From an uncultured virus (IMG/VR IMGVR_UViG_3300002220_000047) (Duplodnaviria; Heunggongvirae; Uroviricota; Caudoviricetes), in the IMG/VR virus record IMGVR_UViG_3300002220_000047: a DNA stretch of 64,000 nucleotides; one strand, 5' to 3'. Shown piece by piece: positions 39,733 through 51,680 of the stretch. Numbering within the stretch: the stretch's first letter is position 1; every line of letters begins with the position of its first letter. The position numbers and the translations under genes were made by a program. The notes below the pieces were generated by a model. That model saw only the letters and a program-made list of their open reading frames with translations, made no database searches and was not told the origin of the DNA.

Positions 39733-42700
39733 ATCATCGTTTGAGGCCCCAGGCATAAGCATAGAAGTATCGCTTAATATATTAGTAGGAGTAAGATCTT
39801 CTTGTTTTACATTGGTATTTAACATACCTCTAAGATTTTTAATATTTGGATTAGCTGATAAATAAGCTACCATAGCGACATTACCACTATCAGGAGTAGC
39901 TTCTGAAAGAATGCCTAGAGCATCTTTCGAAAACTTTCTATCTCTTTCAACGAAGGCTTCAGAAGATCTACCGCCGTATCCAGTATAAGATATCTTTGTT
40001 TGTTCTTTTATAGATTGGATAGGATTGATCTCTTCTTTCAGATCCATTGTCTGGTCCTGAATAATTCTCTGGAAGATAGCTTCAGTATTGATACTGAAAC
40101 TCTTATCCTTAAAGTTACTACTGAGATAATTAGCATACTGACGAGCTATTTCATTATAAGCAACTGCCGAGAACTTTTCAATAGATCTGATTCTGAAATT
40201 CTCAAGAGCTGCTGGATCGATCGTCTTTTTAGTTACTAGCATTTCTACAGCTCTAATAAGAAGATCTCTAGTATTAGTAGGTTCTCCCATCTCCTGAAGA
40301 ACTTCTCTAGTTATTGGATCGATAAAGAAATCGATGGTATTATCGATACCTTTCAAATAGTTGATACTCATTCCCTTATCTTGAAGCAATTGATAAAAGA
40401 TATCTTTGTCATCGAATTGATGAAATTCATAACTCTTAAGTGTGGTATAATGTCTAAGCCCACTAAGAATGAAGCTATTCAGTAATGGATATCTTTTGAA
40501 TACGATAGTCATATCTTTAAATGTAATCGGGATTTCATTAGTAGTAAGATTAAGAGATTTACCTCTAGGAACTGTTCTGTATTTAATATTTAAATATTTA
40601 AGTGTATTTGTCAAACCATATCGATAGGCTAAGATGAAGATGATAGGAATGTTCTTATCTAGTATTTTAAGATTACACCATTCATGAGGTACTGTGATTT
40701 TACCTTCTCCGAATATTAAAGAGAAAATAGACATACCTCTTTTTATGATATTCTCAGAGGATGTATTCACAATGAGAACTTCATTGGAATTATTTAAGAA
40801 GATATATTCTTCTTTAGAACGAACGACTTTACCTAAAAGAATACCGTATTTCAATTCTAGTTTTCTTGTAGCTTCTTCTTCTAGTTCGAAATGAGAAAAT
40901 CTATCATTTACACCAAAGAAGATTTCATATTCTTTAGTCTTTACAGAAAGAACCTTAGATCCAATAGCTGCATATTCATATGGAACAAAATGATCTATGA
41001 AGTTACCTAGATGAGATATCATTTCAATCTTATCTGAAGGATTATCAGTATTCCAATCATTGATGTTTTGCTTAAACACAGTACATATATCGTATATTCC
41101 TGTGGTTACTTTTTCTACGATGGTTTTGTTGAAGTTAGAGATCAATGAAACTCTAATAGGAGATATCTTACATATAGGAAGATTTACTAGTTGTTTCTTC
41201 ATGGAGAGTTTAACTCCATTCACTACGAAATAACCATCATCGTCAGGTACTGGTAATTTGAATCTTACAGTATGACGTTTTCCTTTTATGTCTTCAAATT
41301 GTACTTTAATATGTTTGATCTTATTAAAATTATTAAATTCGTCACTCTCTTCATAGTTTATAACAAATAAACCTTTGGTCTGAAAAGAGAGAACATTAGC
41401 TAATACATCTTTAGTGAATAATTTATCCATATAGTCAGAATCAAAATTAACCGAAGAAGCATCGATCATAGATTTGTCAGCCATCTTATCTTTAACGCTA
41501 TCCATTACATCTGGATTAATTATGATATCGATAGGAGAGCTAACGATCTTATCTATTGTTTCAACTTTACCGGAAGATGTTCTAATAGAAATAGTCTTAT
41601 GTTTCTCAGCTAAAATAGCAGCTCGTTTCTTCTGAGCTACTGTAGCTAAAGGATAGTTCTCTATGAATTTTTCAGTCTCTTCTCTAATATGTTGATAGAT
41701 AGGTTTAACATCCATATTTTTAGATGATTCTTTATAAGTAGTTTCCTCTACCACTGTTATTGAAGGAACTACTGGTTCGATTTTATCTTCATTTATAGTA
41801 ATAGGTTTACTAGAAACGATACCAGAACTATTTATTTTATCGAGTTCATCAATTTGAGCTAAAATCTTTTTATCTTCTTCAGTATTTAATTCCGAGTCAT
41901 CAAAAATAGGGTCTTCTTCATCGAACTTAAAATCGTCTTCAACAGACCCTGGTTTTGAGGTGTCTGGTACTTTAGAAAAACCAAATTTCATAGGTTTGAC
42001 TACAGTAGCCTTCTCATCTTCTTTTTCTACAATATTAGGTTTCTTATCACTCGGCGTAGCTACGATTTCTTCTTTTTGTTCAATTTCATTAATTTTTTCA
42101 AAATTCTCTACAAATTTATCAGCATTAATTGAAGGAGAATGAGTAAGTGCATATATCGATCCAAGTAATTTCCATACTTTAGATTTAGTATTTAATATCG
42201 AAGCCATCGTTGCCATATTGAAAGAAAAAGATCTTCCTTTATGAACGAGAACAAAATTCATTCGTTGTAAAGTATCATTATCTAATCTGGAGAAAAGAGA
42301 AAGACTAGATCTATTATCTAATAAAAATGTTAATAATTGAATTAAAAAGAAATAACAATGATTACTAGATATCAATCTAGAATTACTAATATCTCCAGAA
42401 GAAAACATTCCAAAGAAATTCGATTTAGGATAATACATCTCATCTATCAGTGGTATAAAAACAAAATGGTTCTTATTTCTCAGAACAGAAATTGACTTAA
42501 GCATATTCCAAAAGATAAATTGGAATTGATTATATTTGATTATATTTGAAGGCCCTAAAGCTAATATTCTGTAAAGAGGATTGTGATTATAAACAGTATA
42601 TACTTTATCGTTTTCATAATCAGCATTCCCTTCTAAAGCATTTATTTTTCTAATAAATTTTTTATTAGTTATATTAAAATCTACTAGAGAAATTGATAAT

Positions 42701-43011
42701 TTTGATAAATATATTCTCTTAGGAAATTGAGGAGTTGAGTTCCAATCTAATGTATCAAACCCATCAAAATGATATACAAACTTTCTCACAGATCTATTTT
42801 TTAAAAACGGATAGAGATCCATCCTAGGAACATCTATTGTTTGTTCAGGAGAAGCAACGTTATCGAGAACGTGCATAATAGAATTAAAAGGAAATAAGAA
42901 ATTTTCATCTAGTGTTAGATATTTTTTTGTTAACTCGGATTCTCGAAATACCATTACTCGTCTAAAAAAGACGCTATACGGTAAAAGAAATTCCATGCCG
43001 GCAGTGATCAT
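39733..43011 (-). CDS. Virion RNA polymerase beta subunit (phiKZ gp178-like), exon 1
   Basis: Q..NLPI.KISP.RV.L.SN.NK, F.DPIT, R.R..E, G.GGRS and G..SEATPDSG.V motifs. Confidence 0.9.
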
Positions 43012-43022
43012 ATTTTTTATCC

Positions 43023-44942
43023 TTATTCTTTTATCTCTGGTAATTTTGATGTTACCCATAAATTAGTAAGAGCTTGACCTACTAATGTACCAGCGCCAAG
43101 AGAGAAACCCCACATAGCGGGATTTAATTTATTAGTATGTAATAGTTTTAATAATACTCTACCTCTATTAATTATTCTATCTATGTAAAGAAGTCGATCA
43201 GCAACACCTACACCGGAGAGAGTAAGAAGATATTCTTGATAAGAAGAGTTCTGACCAAAAACAGTATCCCACGCACTTTGAGATCCATCAGCTAAAGCAA
43301 CATACATCATCGGGCTAAGATCTTTTACGGATATAGATACATCTACACAGGTAGGAAGAACGTTTTTATTCCAACCATATTCACTACTACCACGACGAAT
43401 ACTAATGCTTTCTATCATTCCTAGAGGAATAGACACCATACCTCTACTGTACATTCTAACTACAAATGGAGATGTATATGCATTCTGACCAACCGCTCTA
43501 GGAAACGACGCAGCCATTAACATTAAAAGAGGAACGTATATTGAATAAAATATCGAAACAGGATCACCGCTAGGTGATCTTAACTGAAAGTTAAAAGAAT
43601 AACTTTTAGAGAAAGAACTGCTTTTCCATACTTCAGGAATATCTACGAAACCAGATCCTTTAAATACTTCAAGAGGAGCATCCATTCCAATAACATCAGC
43701 AATACCATTAGCTAAACCAGACATAGCATCCATGAAACCACCGACAACACTTCCAGCGGCTCCACCAATAACATTACCTTCCATCATATTAAATTTAATA
43801 GAACGGCCTCTTTCGGCCTGAGAATTTATCATCTGAGCTACTTCAGATTCACCAGTAGTATTTGAAGCTGATTCAGAACTATCAGTTGATTTTTCCATAC
43901 GAAAACCAACGAATGCTTTACTTTCAGTTACTGCAGAATTAAATCCTGTAGCAAAACTACTAGCTGCGTTTCCTATAGAATTAAAGAATCCAGTATTTTT
44001 TTCATCTTTCACTATACCTATTAGTTTATTTAATTCTTCATCAGTAGAAATCGGATTACCATTAGCTCCTTCATCGTAGATACGTTTTTTATCTAGAATA
44101 GCTAATATATCTAATCCACGTTTTTTAAATAAGTCAGGAACACCTCTAGGATCTTTACCGAATTCGGTCTTTTCTTCAAACGCCTCGATATTAACTAAAC
44201 CCATATTAACAGCAACATGAGCTAGCATAGAATTTACTGTTTTGAAATATAAAGGCATCGTTGCTTTAAAATCATAATACTTAGAAGGAGAAATCATATT
44301 AGGCTTTGTTAATAAACCTAAGCCCCACTTAATTGCTATAAATGGAAAGAAGGCTATTGAAGTTGTAGCCCAGGCAGTTATTCTAAATAATGTTTTTAAT
44401 AAAGGAATCTCTCCAGTATTTTGAAGAGCCGCAAGATCTCTATCAATCAAACTTCCATAAAAAGATTTCATATCACTGAAATCAGGAACACCAAAACTCA
44501 TCCATACAATCTGTTGTTGTTCATCGAAGGTCTCATTATAAACACGTCCTAGACCTTCAGTGCATGAATATTCATTATTACCAACAACTGCAGTCATCGG
44601 ATGAATGATATCGTCATTTTCATTAAACTGATAATAACAATTAATTGCTTCATTTCCACCTAATGAAGTATCTCTTCTTTTAGGTTTATCTTTACGATCG
44701 TCTAACGCAATACCTATTGCTTTTTTCAGAAGATCGTGTGCAACTACAGTAGGATCTAATCCTTGACTTCTACCAGCTACACTAAATCCATCTTCTCCGA
44801 TTGGAGCTTTCGTGAAATTAGGATCTTTGAACAATTCATCGCTATTAGAATAAGTCATAGCCTCTTCATGACTTTTAAAGCTTGCACCAATTCTAGTATT
44901 TACTATATATTTAAGAGTACTTCGTTCAAACGTATCATTCAT
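43023..44942 (-). CDS. phiKZ-type virion structural protein (gp182-like position)
   Basis: DTSLGGNEAIN, FGVP.F, G.G..DIPEVW..S, YTSPF and GMI.S.SI.RG motifs; follows the tail lysin gene. Confidence 0.7.
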   Translation of the reverse strand: MNDTFERSTLKYIVNTRIGASFKSHEEAMTYSNSDELFKDPNFTKAPIGEDGFSVAGRSQGLDPTVVAHDLLKKAIGIALDDRKDKPKRRDTSLGGNEAINCYYQFNENDDIIHPMTAVVGNNEYSCTEGLGRVYNETFDEQQQIVWMSFGVPDFSDMKSFYGSLIDRDLAALQNTGEIPLLKTLFRITAWATTSIAFFPFIAIKWGLGLLTKPNMISPSKYYDFKATMPLYFKTVNSMLAHVAVNMGLVNIEAFEEKTEFGKDPRGVPDLFKKRGLDILAILDKKRIYDEGANGNPISTDEELNKLIGIVKDEKNTGFFNSIGNAASSFATGFNSAVTESKAFVGFRMEKSTDSSESASNTTGESEVAQMINSQAERGRSIKFNMMEGNVIGGAAGSVVGGFMDAMSGLANGIADVIGMDAPLEVFKGSGFVDIPEVWKSSSFSKSYSFNFQLRSPSGDPVSIFYSIYVPLLMLMAASFPRAVGQNAYTSPFVVRMYSRGMVSIPLGMIESISIRRGSSEYGWNKNVLPTCVDVSISVKDLSPMMYVALADGSQSAWDTVFGQNSSYQEYLLTLSGVGVADRLLYIDRIINRGRVLLKLLHTNKLNPAMWGFSLGAGTLVGQALTNLWVTSKLPEIKE

Positions 44943-45020
44943 GATATACTATTACCTCCTTTTGTAGGTATCAAATTAACAAGAGATTTAATGCATAGTA
45001 TGGATCGTTTGAATAATATA

Positions 45021-45052
45021 AGCTTGTACCTATCTTTCGATAGGTACAAGCT
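45021..45052. terminator. Terminator hairpin
   Basis: AGCTTGTACCTATC-tttc-GATAGGTACAAGCT. Confidence 0.75.
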
Positions 45053-45065
45053 GTTAGATAACTAA

Positions 45066-48000
45066 TTAAGCGAAAACAACATCTTGTTTAGATAAATCCA
45101 TCCCATTGGTTCTATTACTAGTTTGTGATACTGTCCTAGAAGATTCTGAACTAGGAGCCTTTTCTGGTTTATTAATACCACCATTATCTACAATAGCATT
45201 TATTAGATTTCTTATTTCGTTAACTAATAAAGATGATGTATCGGAGCTTATTCTACTAACAGAAGGATTACTTAAAGTTCCTTCTGCTGGTTTGATATCT
45301 CTAATTTCAGTCAGTACGGAAAGTATATCTTTAAGAATAGAAATCTGTGGATCTGATGTAGTTACATTAGGTTCTGTTTTATTAGGAGCTTCAATAGGAG
45401 TCATTGACGCTCTAGTTACAGATTCAGCTACAGTAGAAGATTTAGCCATAGCTGCAGCTGGTGCAGTAGAAGGAATCGCAGCAGCGACTGCAGCTTCAAC
45501 GGGTGATTTAGTATCATTAGCAGCAATAGCTGATCCACCACTAGCTACAGCTCCAGCAGTAGTCGGTTTACCACCAGCAACCGCTGTTGTGGTAGTCGCT
45601 TCACCACCACTAGAATCAGCTTGGATTATATCATTCTTTCCAGCTTTTTGATTTTCTTTATTTTGTTTGGCGGTAACGATTTCACCCTTTCCGCCAGTAG
45701 CCATAGCTGCTAGATTATTACCTTCTCTTTCAAAACGTTTTATGAGTCCTGGCCAATTATCTTTACTCTTTTTGAAATTGACCGACACATTACTTATTTT
45801 AAATTTATAAACACGTCTAATTAAATCTTCATCAGTAAGATTTTCTATAGAAGTTCCACCATCAAGTGTAAGAGCCTTTGTAATTACATCAGCACCAATA
45901 CTAGGACCATACTGATTAGCAGTAGATACTAACATTTGTTGAACGGCTATACTGCGTTTAGTTAAATCGATCTTATTCTTTTTTAGTGCGGCTATCATCG
46001 GATGAAGATTAGCGCCATAAGAATAATTTCTTTGAGCTTCATAAAACTTCGGATCGGATTTAGCAACTGATACCCATTTTTCGTCAAACTCTTTTGAGCC
46101 GACACTAAGTCCTTTGAATTCTTTATCATAACCAGAAGCTTTTAGGAATTTTTCTACATTACCTTGCTTAGAAGCTAATTGATAAGCTCCATATGATTTA
46201 CCACCATGATCACCAGTACCTTTACTAATAGTAGCGGCAGCTTTTGTTGGATCAGTTTGACCTGTTTCTTCCAACTCTGCCGTTTCTTTGTAAGCCTTAT
46301 AACCCATATATGCAGCGCCACCAGCTACTACTGCGGCACCTGTACCTACCAGAGCTGCGGTACTTACACCACCTGCTACTGCGGCACCCGCACCTGCCAG
46401 AGCCATACCACCTGTTCTTATAAGACTTCCAGCTGTTTTTGCAATACCTCCAGCTGCAGGTAATGCGTCTCCTATTGCATCTTTTGCTTTAGAAAGAATA
46501 CCGCCTCCAGCACCTTTATTACCTAGTTTATCTTTTAAACTACTAAAGACGCTTTCTTTTTTATCAGCTCCAGCGCCACCCATATCTTTTTTCATAGATT
46601 TCATTAAATCAATAATTTCTTGTAGTTTATCAGTTACTAGGGCTTTTAGATTAGCGACAACAATAGGAGCTCCACCATCTTTTACTTTTATTCCTTTCTT
46701 CGAGACATTTATTCCAAAGAAAGCAGCGCCAGCTCTACCAACTCTACCAGCAATATTGCTAGCTATATTGAATCCAGTTTTTATAACTTTACCAGCTATT
46801 TTTAAACCAGTCTTAGCGACTTTTACAGCTCCACCAATAAGTCGTTTAGCGTAGTCCATAAATACACCAGTTTTAGTAAAAGGTCTTCCCTTAGAATCTA
46901 CTATTCCATTACTAAAATCTTCTTTACTAATTAAAACCTTTCCATCCTTATCGAATAGAGGTCCTTTTATTTCATATACTGATTTTAATATATTACCTTT
47001 CTCATCACGAACATTGCCCATAGATATATCAGATGCTTTTATTGCGGGATTACCAACTTCAATTTTTCCTTTAACATAAACATCCTGAGCTTTATTCTTA
47101 AACATCAATAACATTTTTCCAGGTATGGCTTTCAGCTTACTGAGAACTTTCCCAGCTACTCCAGCAGCACCGGGAGTCAATCCGAATAGTCTTCCAATCA
47201 AACCAAAATATGCTTCCATACCTTTTTTACCAAGACTAGCTAATCCGCCAATACCTTTTCCAATACCTTTAGCCGCACTAGCAAATACTCCTTTACTAGA
47301 AAGATCTTTTATAATCTTAAGTCCAGTACCGATGGTGCCACTAATAGCACCTACTGTTTTATTAGCTACGTTCATATAGAAGCTTCCAAGGTTAGCAGCA
47401 CCTCTACCAACAGATGCGATACCAGACTTGAACATACCTCTCATAGAACGATACTTTGTAAAACCAGCTCCACCTAATTGAGCCATAAGCTGCTGAGACA
47501 TAATCTGCAACGCTTCAGCATCTAGAGTCATTTTAGTAGATGTCCATTGTTCTAGTATCTTTTCGATATTCTTAACTGATTTAGTAATCTCTTCTATTTC
47601 GGAAGGATTCTTATCATCAGTATCTTTATTTTTATTCTTTTTATTAACTGATCTTTTTGCGATATTTTCAGATACAGTTTCTCGCATATCATCAATTTTA
47701 GATTTGGTTTTAGATCTAGCTTTATTAAACATTTCAGAAAAAGCTACCTTGGCGGATTCCATTTTACCAGAAGCTTCTTTCTTAAGTTTATCGAGAGTAT
47801 CAGTAACACCTTCTGGTAGTTTAGATTTAACTTTATTTAATAACTCAATAGCCATGGCTTCGGCTTCTGCTCTACTTTTAGGAGAAGCATCTCTAGTCTT
47901 ATTCAATAACTCTTTAGCCATAGCTTCAGCTTCTTCTCTAGTTTTAGGTGTTATTTTTTTCATCTCACTAATAAGAGATTGTACTTTAGTTTCAATGTCA

Positions 48001-50045
48001 GTTTTAGGTAGTTTGGATTTAGCTTTATCTACAAGTCCACTAACAGCCTCAGATTTCTGTTTTATGAAATCTTTGACACCTTCTGGTAGTTTAGATTTGG
48101 CTTTGTCTACAGCTTCACTAGCCATAGTTCCAGCTTCAGTCATAGTTTTAGGTAGTTTAGATTTAGCTTTATCTACTTTAGCATTATTAATAAAACCACC
48201 AAAAGATTCCGCAGCTTTATCCCAGAATTCCTTAGCCTCTGGAGGAATCTTATTTTTCATTGAAGTTGCAGTATCTCCAGAAAGAGAAGCTTTGATGGAT
48301 TCTGCAGCTTTATCCCAGAATGCTTTAGCTTTTTCAAAAGGAATATGAAACTCTTTTTCTGACCCTTGTACATAAACACCAGGACCGGATACTTGAGGAT
48401 CATCTCTAGTAGGTATATCTTCTTTTCTAGTTATTGGTTTACCATTAATTCCAGTAGGTACTCCATATCCACCCAAGTCAATATCTTCAACTGTTTTGGA
48501 AGTAGAAAATAGTTTTTCAAATTGTTTACGGAATGTTTTGCCGATAGTTTCTTCGATTTCTTCAGCGACAGCTCCTTTGAATCTATCTTTAAATTCACTA
48601 GTATCTTCTTTACCCCTAGCGGCATCTCTAGCAATAAACTCTTCACGCTTTTGTTTAGATCCAGATTCTAAATTAGCTTTTAATGAATCGAAATCCATAT
48701 CGTGAAGAATCTCATCGATAGCATTAAAATCTAATCCTTTCTGTTTTCCGTATTCTTTTACTTTCTCATGTAGTTCTTGTTTTAATTTAGGATTATTCAA
48801 AAATCCTTCTTTAGTGTGTTTACTAATATATTTTGCTAATAATTTATTTTGAAATTTTTCTACATCAGCTCGGGATCTATCTCCTAGTATATTTTTCATA
48901 TGTCGTTTTCCACCAGTAGCATTCATAGTACCTATTTTACCTACATATTCGTCAGACCGCATTCCTAAATCTCTTACAGCCTGAGTGACATCCTGAAAAA
49001 CATCAGCGTCTTCTACTTCTTTTCCAGTAGCGGTTTTCTTAAAGAAAGATTCCTTCAATATTTCTGCTACTTTATTTCTATTTTCTCTCTTAACTCCACG
49101 AAATATAAAATCTAAATAAGATTGTTCAGAATCAGAAACTTCAGCACCTTCTAGATAAGAAATGATCTGTTTAGGCTTAACGACTTTTCCATGTTTTGCC
49201 ATATTTCGCAATACAATAGCGATGTCAGGGAGATTTTCTTCAAAGGACTTTAAATCGGCTCCTTCCTTCTTAGAATACCCAGCATATAGGGTCGTCAAAG
49301 CTTCATTCATCGAATCAGTTCTTTCTTTCTGAGTACCGAATAAATCTTCCATATTCTTTTGTTTAAACTCAGAAGCTGAAATGAAATCTTCGGTATCGAT
49401 ATCGAATACTTCTTCTTCGATATTAGTTAATTTATTAAACTTCGTTCTAGCTTGTTTATTCATATTTTTCATTGCTGAAAACTTAGTAGCTTCCGCAGTG
49501 ATAGATGATTTCTGTAAAATCTTAGCCAGATATCCTGGGATGATTTCTATAATACTCCGACGAGTTAATACGTCGAAAGGAACTGAATCAGTCATATTCT
49601 TCTTTAATGTATTATCTAGATTACCACGATCCCCACTGATTTGAGGAAATATGTTTTCTTTTAACCATAATGCAGCGGCATTGTTTTCCGCATGTTTATC
49701 GATAAAATCATTAATCATATAAGGCATATTACTCATCGAGTGTTTTACTAAAGCATCGAGATCTTTTAACTTCTCTTTACCAACTAACGCTTTAGCAGTA
49801 ACAACTCCAGTATTAACTAACAAATGTTTTATTAATGATGTAGTTACTTTGGAAGCAAAACTATCTTGATTACCAGTTCCTAATTCGGCTTCCATTTCTT
49901 GCATTTCTAGATAGCCTTCACCAACATCAGCGCCGGCATCAGAAACATCTATTATTGTTTCTTTTATCTTATCAAATACACTAGCTTTTAAATTCTTTAA
50001 TACATCAGTAGCATAATTAGAATACCACTCAGGGCCATGAATTCT
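45066..50045 (-). CDS. Tail tape-measure-like/lysin protein (phiKZ gp181-like), C-terminal part, with peptidoglycan hydrolase domain
   Basis: FD..TRRSI.EIIPGYL.KI and DVYV.G motifs; ET...ATIS.G.GD.GG.SYG.YQLAS...STA.QYG (VgrG3-C-like lysozyme). The frame is open to 50045, beyond the first ATG at 49904. Confidence 0.8.
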   Translation of the reverse strand, partial: RIHGPEWYSNYATDVLKNLKASVFDKIKETIIDVSDAGADVGEGYLEMQEMEAELGTGNQDSFASKVTTSLIKHLLVNTGVVTAKALVGKEKLKDLDALVKHSMSNMPYMINDFIDKHAENNAAALWLKENIFPQISGDRGNLDNTLKKNMTDSVPFDVLTRRSIIEIIPGYLAKILQKSSITAEATKFSAMKNMNKQARTKFNKLTNIEEEVFDIDTEDFISASEFKQKNMEDLFGTQKERTDSMNEALTTLYAGYSKKEGADLKSFEENLPDIAIVLRNMAKHGKVVKPKQIISYLEGAEVSDSEQSYLDFIFRGVKRENRNKVAEILKESFFKKTATGKEVEDADVFQDVTQAVRDLGMRSDEYVGKIGTMNATGGKRHMKNILGDRSRADVEKFQNKLLAKYISKHTKEGFLNNPKLKQELHEKVKEYGKQKGLDFNAIDEILHDMDFDSLKANLESGSKQKREEFIARDAARGKEDTSEFKDRFKGAVAEEIEETIGKTFRKQFEKLFSTSKTVEDIDLGGYGVPTGINGKPITRKEDIPTRDDPQVSGPGVYVQGSEKEFHIPFEKAKAFWDKAAESIKASLSGDTATSMKNKIPPEAKEFWDKAAESFGGFINNAKVDKAKSKLPKTMTEAGTMASEAVDKAKSKLPEGVKDFIKQKSEAVSGLVDKAKSKLPKTDIETKVQSLISEMKKITPKTREEAEAMAKELLNKTRDASPKSRAEAEAMAIELLNKVKSKLPEGVTDTLDKLKKEASGKMESAKVAFSEMFNKARSKTKSKIDDMRETVSENIAKRSVNKKNKNKDTDDKNPSEIEEITKSVKNIEKILEQWTSTKMTLDAEALQIMSQQLMAQLGGAGFTKYRSMRGMFKSGIASVGRGAANLGSFYMNVANKTVGAISGTIGTGLKIIKDLSSKGVFASAAKGIGKGIGGLASLGKKGMEAYFGLIGRLFGLTPGAAGVAGKVLSKLKAIPGKMLLMFKNKAQDVYVKGKIEVGNPAIKASDISMGNVRDEKGNILKSVYEIKGPLFDKDGKVLISKEDFSNGIVDSKGRPFTKTGVFMDYAKRLIGGAVKVAKTGLKIAGKVIKTGFNIASNIAGRVGRAGAAFFGINVSKKGIKVKDGGAPIVVANLKALVTDKLQEIIDLMKSMKKDMGGAGADKKESVFSSLKDKLGNKGAGGGILSKAKDAIGDALPAAGGIAKTAGSLIRTGGMALAGAGAAVAGGVSTAALVGTGAAVVAGGAAYMGYKAYKETAELEETGQTDPTKAAATISKGTGDHGGKSYGAYQLASKQGNVEKFLKASGYDKEFKGLSVGSKEFDEKWVSVAKSDPKFYEAQRNYSYGANLHPMIAALKKNKIDLTKRSIAVQQMLVSTANQYGPSIGADVITKALTLDGGTSIENLTDEDLIRRVYKFKISNVSVNFKKSKDNWPGLIKRFEREGNNLAAMATGGKGEIVTAKQNKENQKAGKNDIIQADSSGGEATTTTAVAGGKPTTAGAVASGGSAIAANDTKSPVEAAVAAAIPSTAPAAAMAKSSTVAESVTRASMTPIEAPNKTEPNVTTSDPQISILKDILSVLTEIRDIKPAEGTLSNPSVSRISSDTSSLLVNEIRNLINAIVDNGGINKPEKAPSSESSRTVSQTSNRTNGMDLSKQDVVFA
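47800..48330 (-). repeat. Degenerate coding repeats in the tape-measure-like protein
   Basis: VDKAKSKLP x3 plus NKVKSKLP, FWDKAAES x2, PK.R.EAEAMA.ELLNK x2. Confidence 0.85.
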
Positions 50046-50872
50046 TCAGACTTTAACTGTTTCTGAATATCAGGTAGAGCTGTATTCTGAGCAATTGCAT
50101 TAAGCTTAGATTCAACAACAGTACTTAATGAATGCATTGCCTTGAAAGTATCCTGAGCTACAAACAAATGTCTGTACTTAAGCTCAAGACTCTTCATCAT
50201 GTAATTTCTAAATTGACCTTGAAAAAATATCTGATTAGATTTTATTAGATTTCTGATCTGACTCAGAACAGTCTTCTGCTCAGAATGTCTACTTTCATCT
50301 AATCTATTTCTGATGAGATTATCAGTTTTCTCACTAACAAATTGTTCTTTCTGAGCTCCAGCCTGAGCCGAAAACAAAAGAGCTAATTGATCATTTATCT
50401 GAGATTCTCTCTGATCTTTTACACTACCAGAATCAAAAGAATCGGTAGCTAATATTTTATTCAGTTTACCAAAAATACTTTTTGGTAAACTATTTTCTAC
50501 TTTCTGAAGATATCGTCTAGATACATTTTTCAAACGATTTACAGAAGGATTAATATCCCTCATCAAATCATCTTTAGTTCTCTGAACATCACCAATGATA
50601 TCAATAGTACTATTAGCAGCTCTGCCGAAATTTTTGAATTCCCGACTTACGCTCTTTCCAGCCATTCTAGCCATTTCGGCATCAGGCTTTATTGCGGCAG
50701 TTACTGTCTTTAAAACAAACGAAGCTGGCTTTCTTTTATTCTTTACTTTTGCAGGTTCGTCTAATTCAAATTCATCATCTAGATCAGTATCCAACATCCG
50801 ATCGAGATCGTCAAGATTAGCATCTTTCATTCCATTTTTGGAGTCAGTTAAATCATCTTTTTTCTTCGCCAT
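49997..50872 (-). CDS. Tail tape-measure-like/lysin protein, N-terminal part (frameshifted)
   Basis: Y..KSLEL.YR..F and I.QNTALPD..K motifs of the gp181-like N-terminus; GAGGTG RBS; overlaps the downstream open frame by 49 nt. Confidence 0.75.
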   Translation of the reverse strand: MAKKKDDLTDSKNGMKDANLDDLDRMLDTDLDDEFELDEPAKVKNKRKPASFVLKTVTAAIKPDAEMARMAGKSVSREFKNFGRAANSTIDIIGDVQRTKDDLMRDINPSVNRLKNVSRRYLQKVENSLPKSIFGKLNKILATDSFDSGSVKDQRESQINDQLALLFSAQAGAQKEQFVSEKTDNLIRNRLDESRHSEQKTVLSQIRNLIKSNQIFFQGQFRNYMMKSLELKYRHLFVAQDTFKAMHSLSTVVESKLNAIAQNTALPDIQKQLKSEEFMALSGILIMLLMY

Positions 50873-50888
50873 CTGATCACCTCAGGCT

Positions 50889-51680
50889 TTATTCGCTTAG
50901 ACACTCTGGAGGATCTATGTACTCAAAATGCATTGCGAAATTTAATGCCGAAATTGTGAGCTCAAACAAATTGTCGAGTTTATATTTGTTTAAGTCATCT
51001 GGTTTATCGAATATTAATTTAAGTGCTGATACGTATTTATTCGAGAATTTCAAACTATTCAATAGTTCTTGTATAGAATTAGAGAAATATACCAGATTAG
51101 AAATATAATAAATATCATGAGAAAGAAGTTCTTCTTCTGTCATGGATTTGTAATCTTTACAAATAATATCGACATCGACTCCAAATACATTTGTATAACA
51201 AATAGCGATAGCTGAAGATAGTTCATTACTTAATGTTAAAGGATATGTATTTACAGTAAGAAATAGATTATTTTCCTCTGAAAGAATTTTCTTGTTTTCT
51301 TTAAATTCTAATATTTTATTAGATAGATAAGTCTCTGTTGTCATTGACGGACTCATTAAAAATATCCGTTCGTGTTTAGCTGGTTCTTTTATGAATTCAT
51401 ACATATTAGTTCTAGAAATATTCATGAAAGGAAAAATATCAATAGGATCTTCAATCGTTCGTTTTTTAAATACATCAGAATTAATTATGTTTCTAAATTC
51501 ATTAAAGCTAGTTTCATCTAATTTATACATAATAGATAATGTCCCTATGAATAGATTCTTCAAGAATCCCAATTCGACATAGATTCGATTGACAGATTTG
51601 ATTTCATTAGTTATTGACTTCTCATTTATTTCTGAAACGATATTAGAAATATCATTTTGAAAAGAATTCTTATTTACCAT
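50889..51680 (-). CDS. Conserved hypothetical jumbo-phage protein
   Basis: IYVEL..L, R..EDP and VNTYP..L motifs; AAGGAG RBS. Confidence 0.7.
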   Translation of the reverse strand: MVNKNSFQNDISNIVSEINEKSITNEIKSVNRIYVELGFLKNLFIGTLSIMYKLDETSFNEFRNIINSDVFKKRTIEDPIDIFPFMNISRTNMYEFIKEPAKHERIFLMSPSMTTETYLSNKILEFKENKKILSEENNLFLTVNTYPLTLSNELSSAIAICYTNVFGVDVDIICKDYKSMTEEELLSHDIYYISNLVYFSNSIQELLNSLKFSNKYVSALKLIFDKPDDLNKYKLDNLFELTISALNFAMHFEYIDPPECLSE

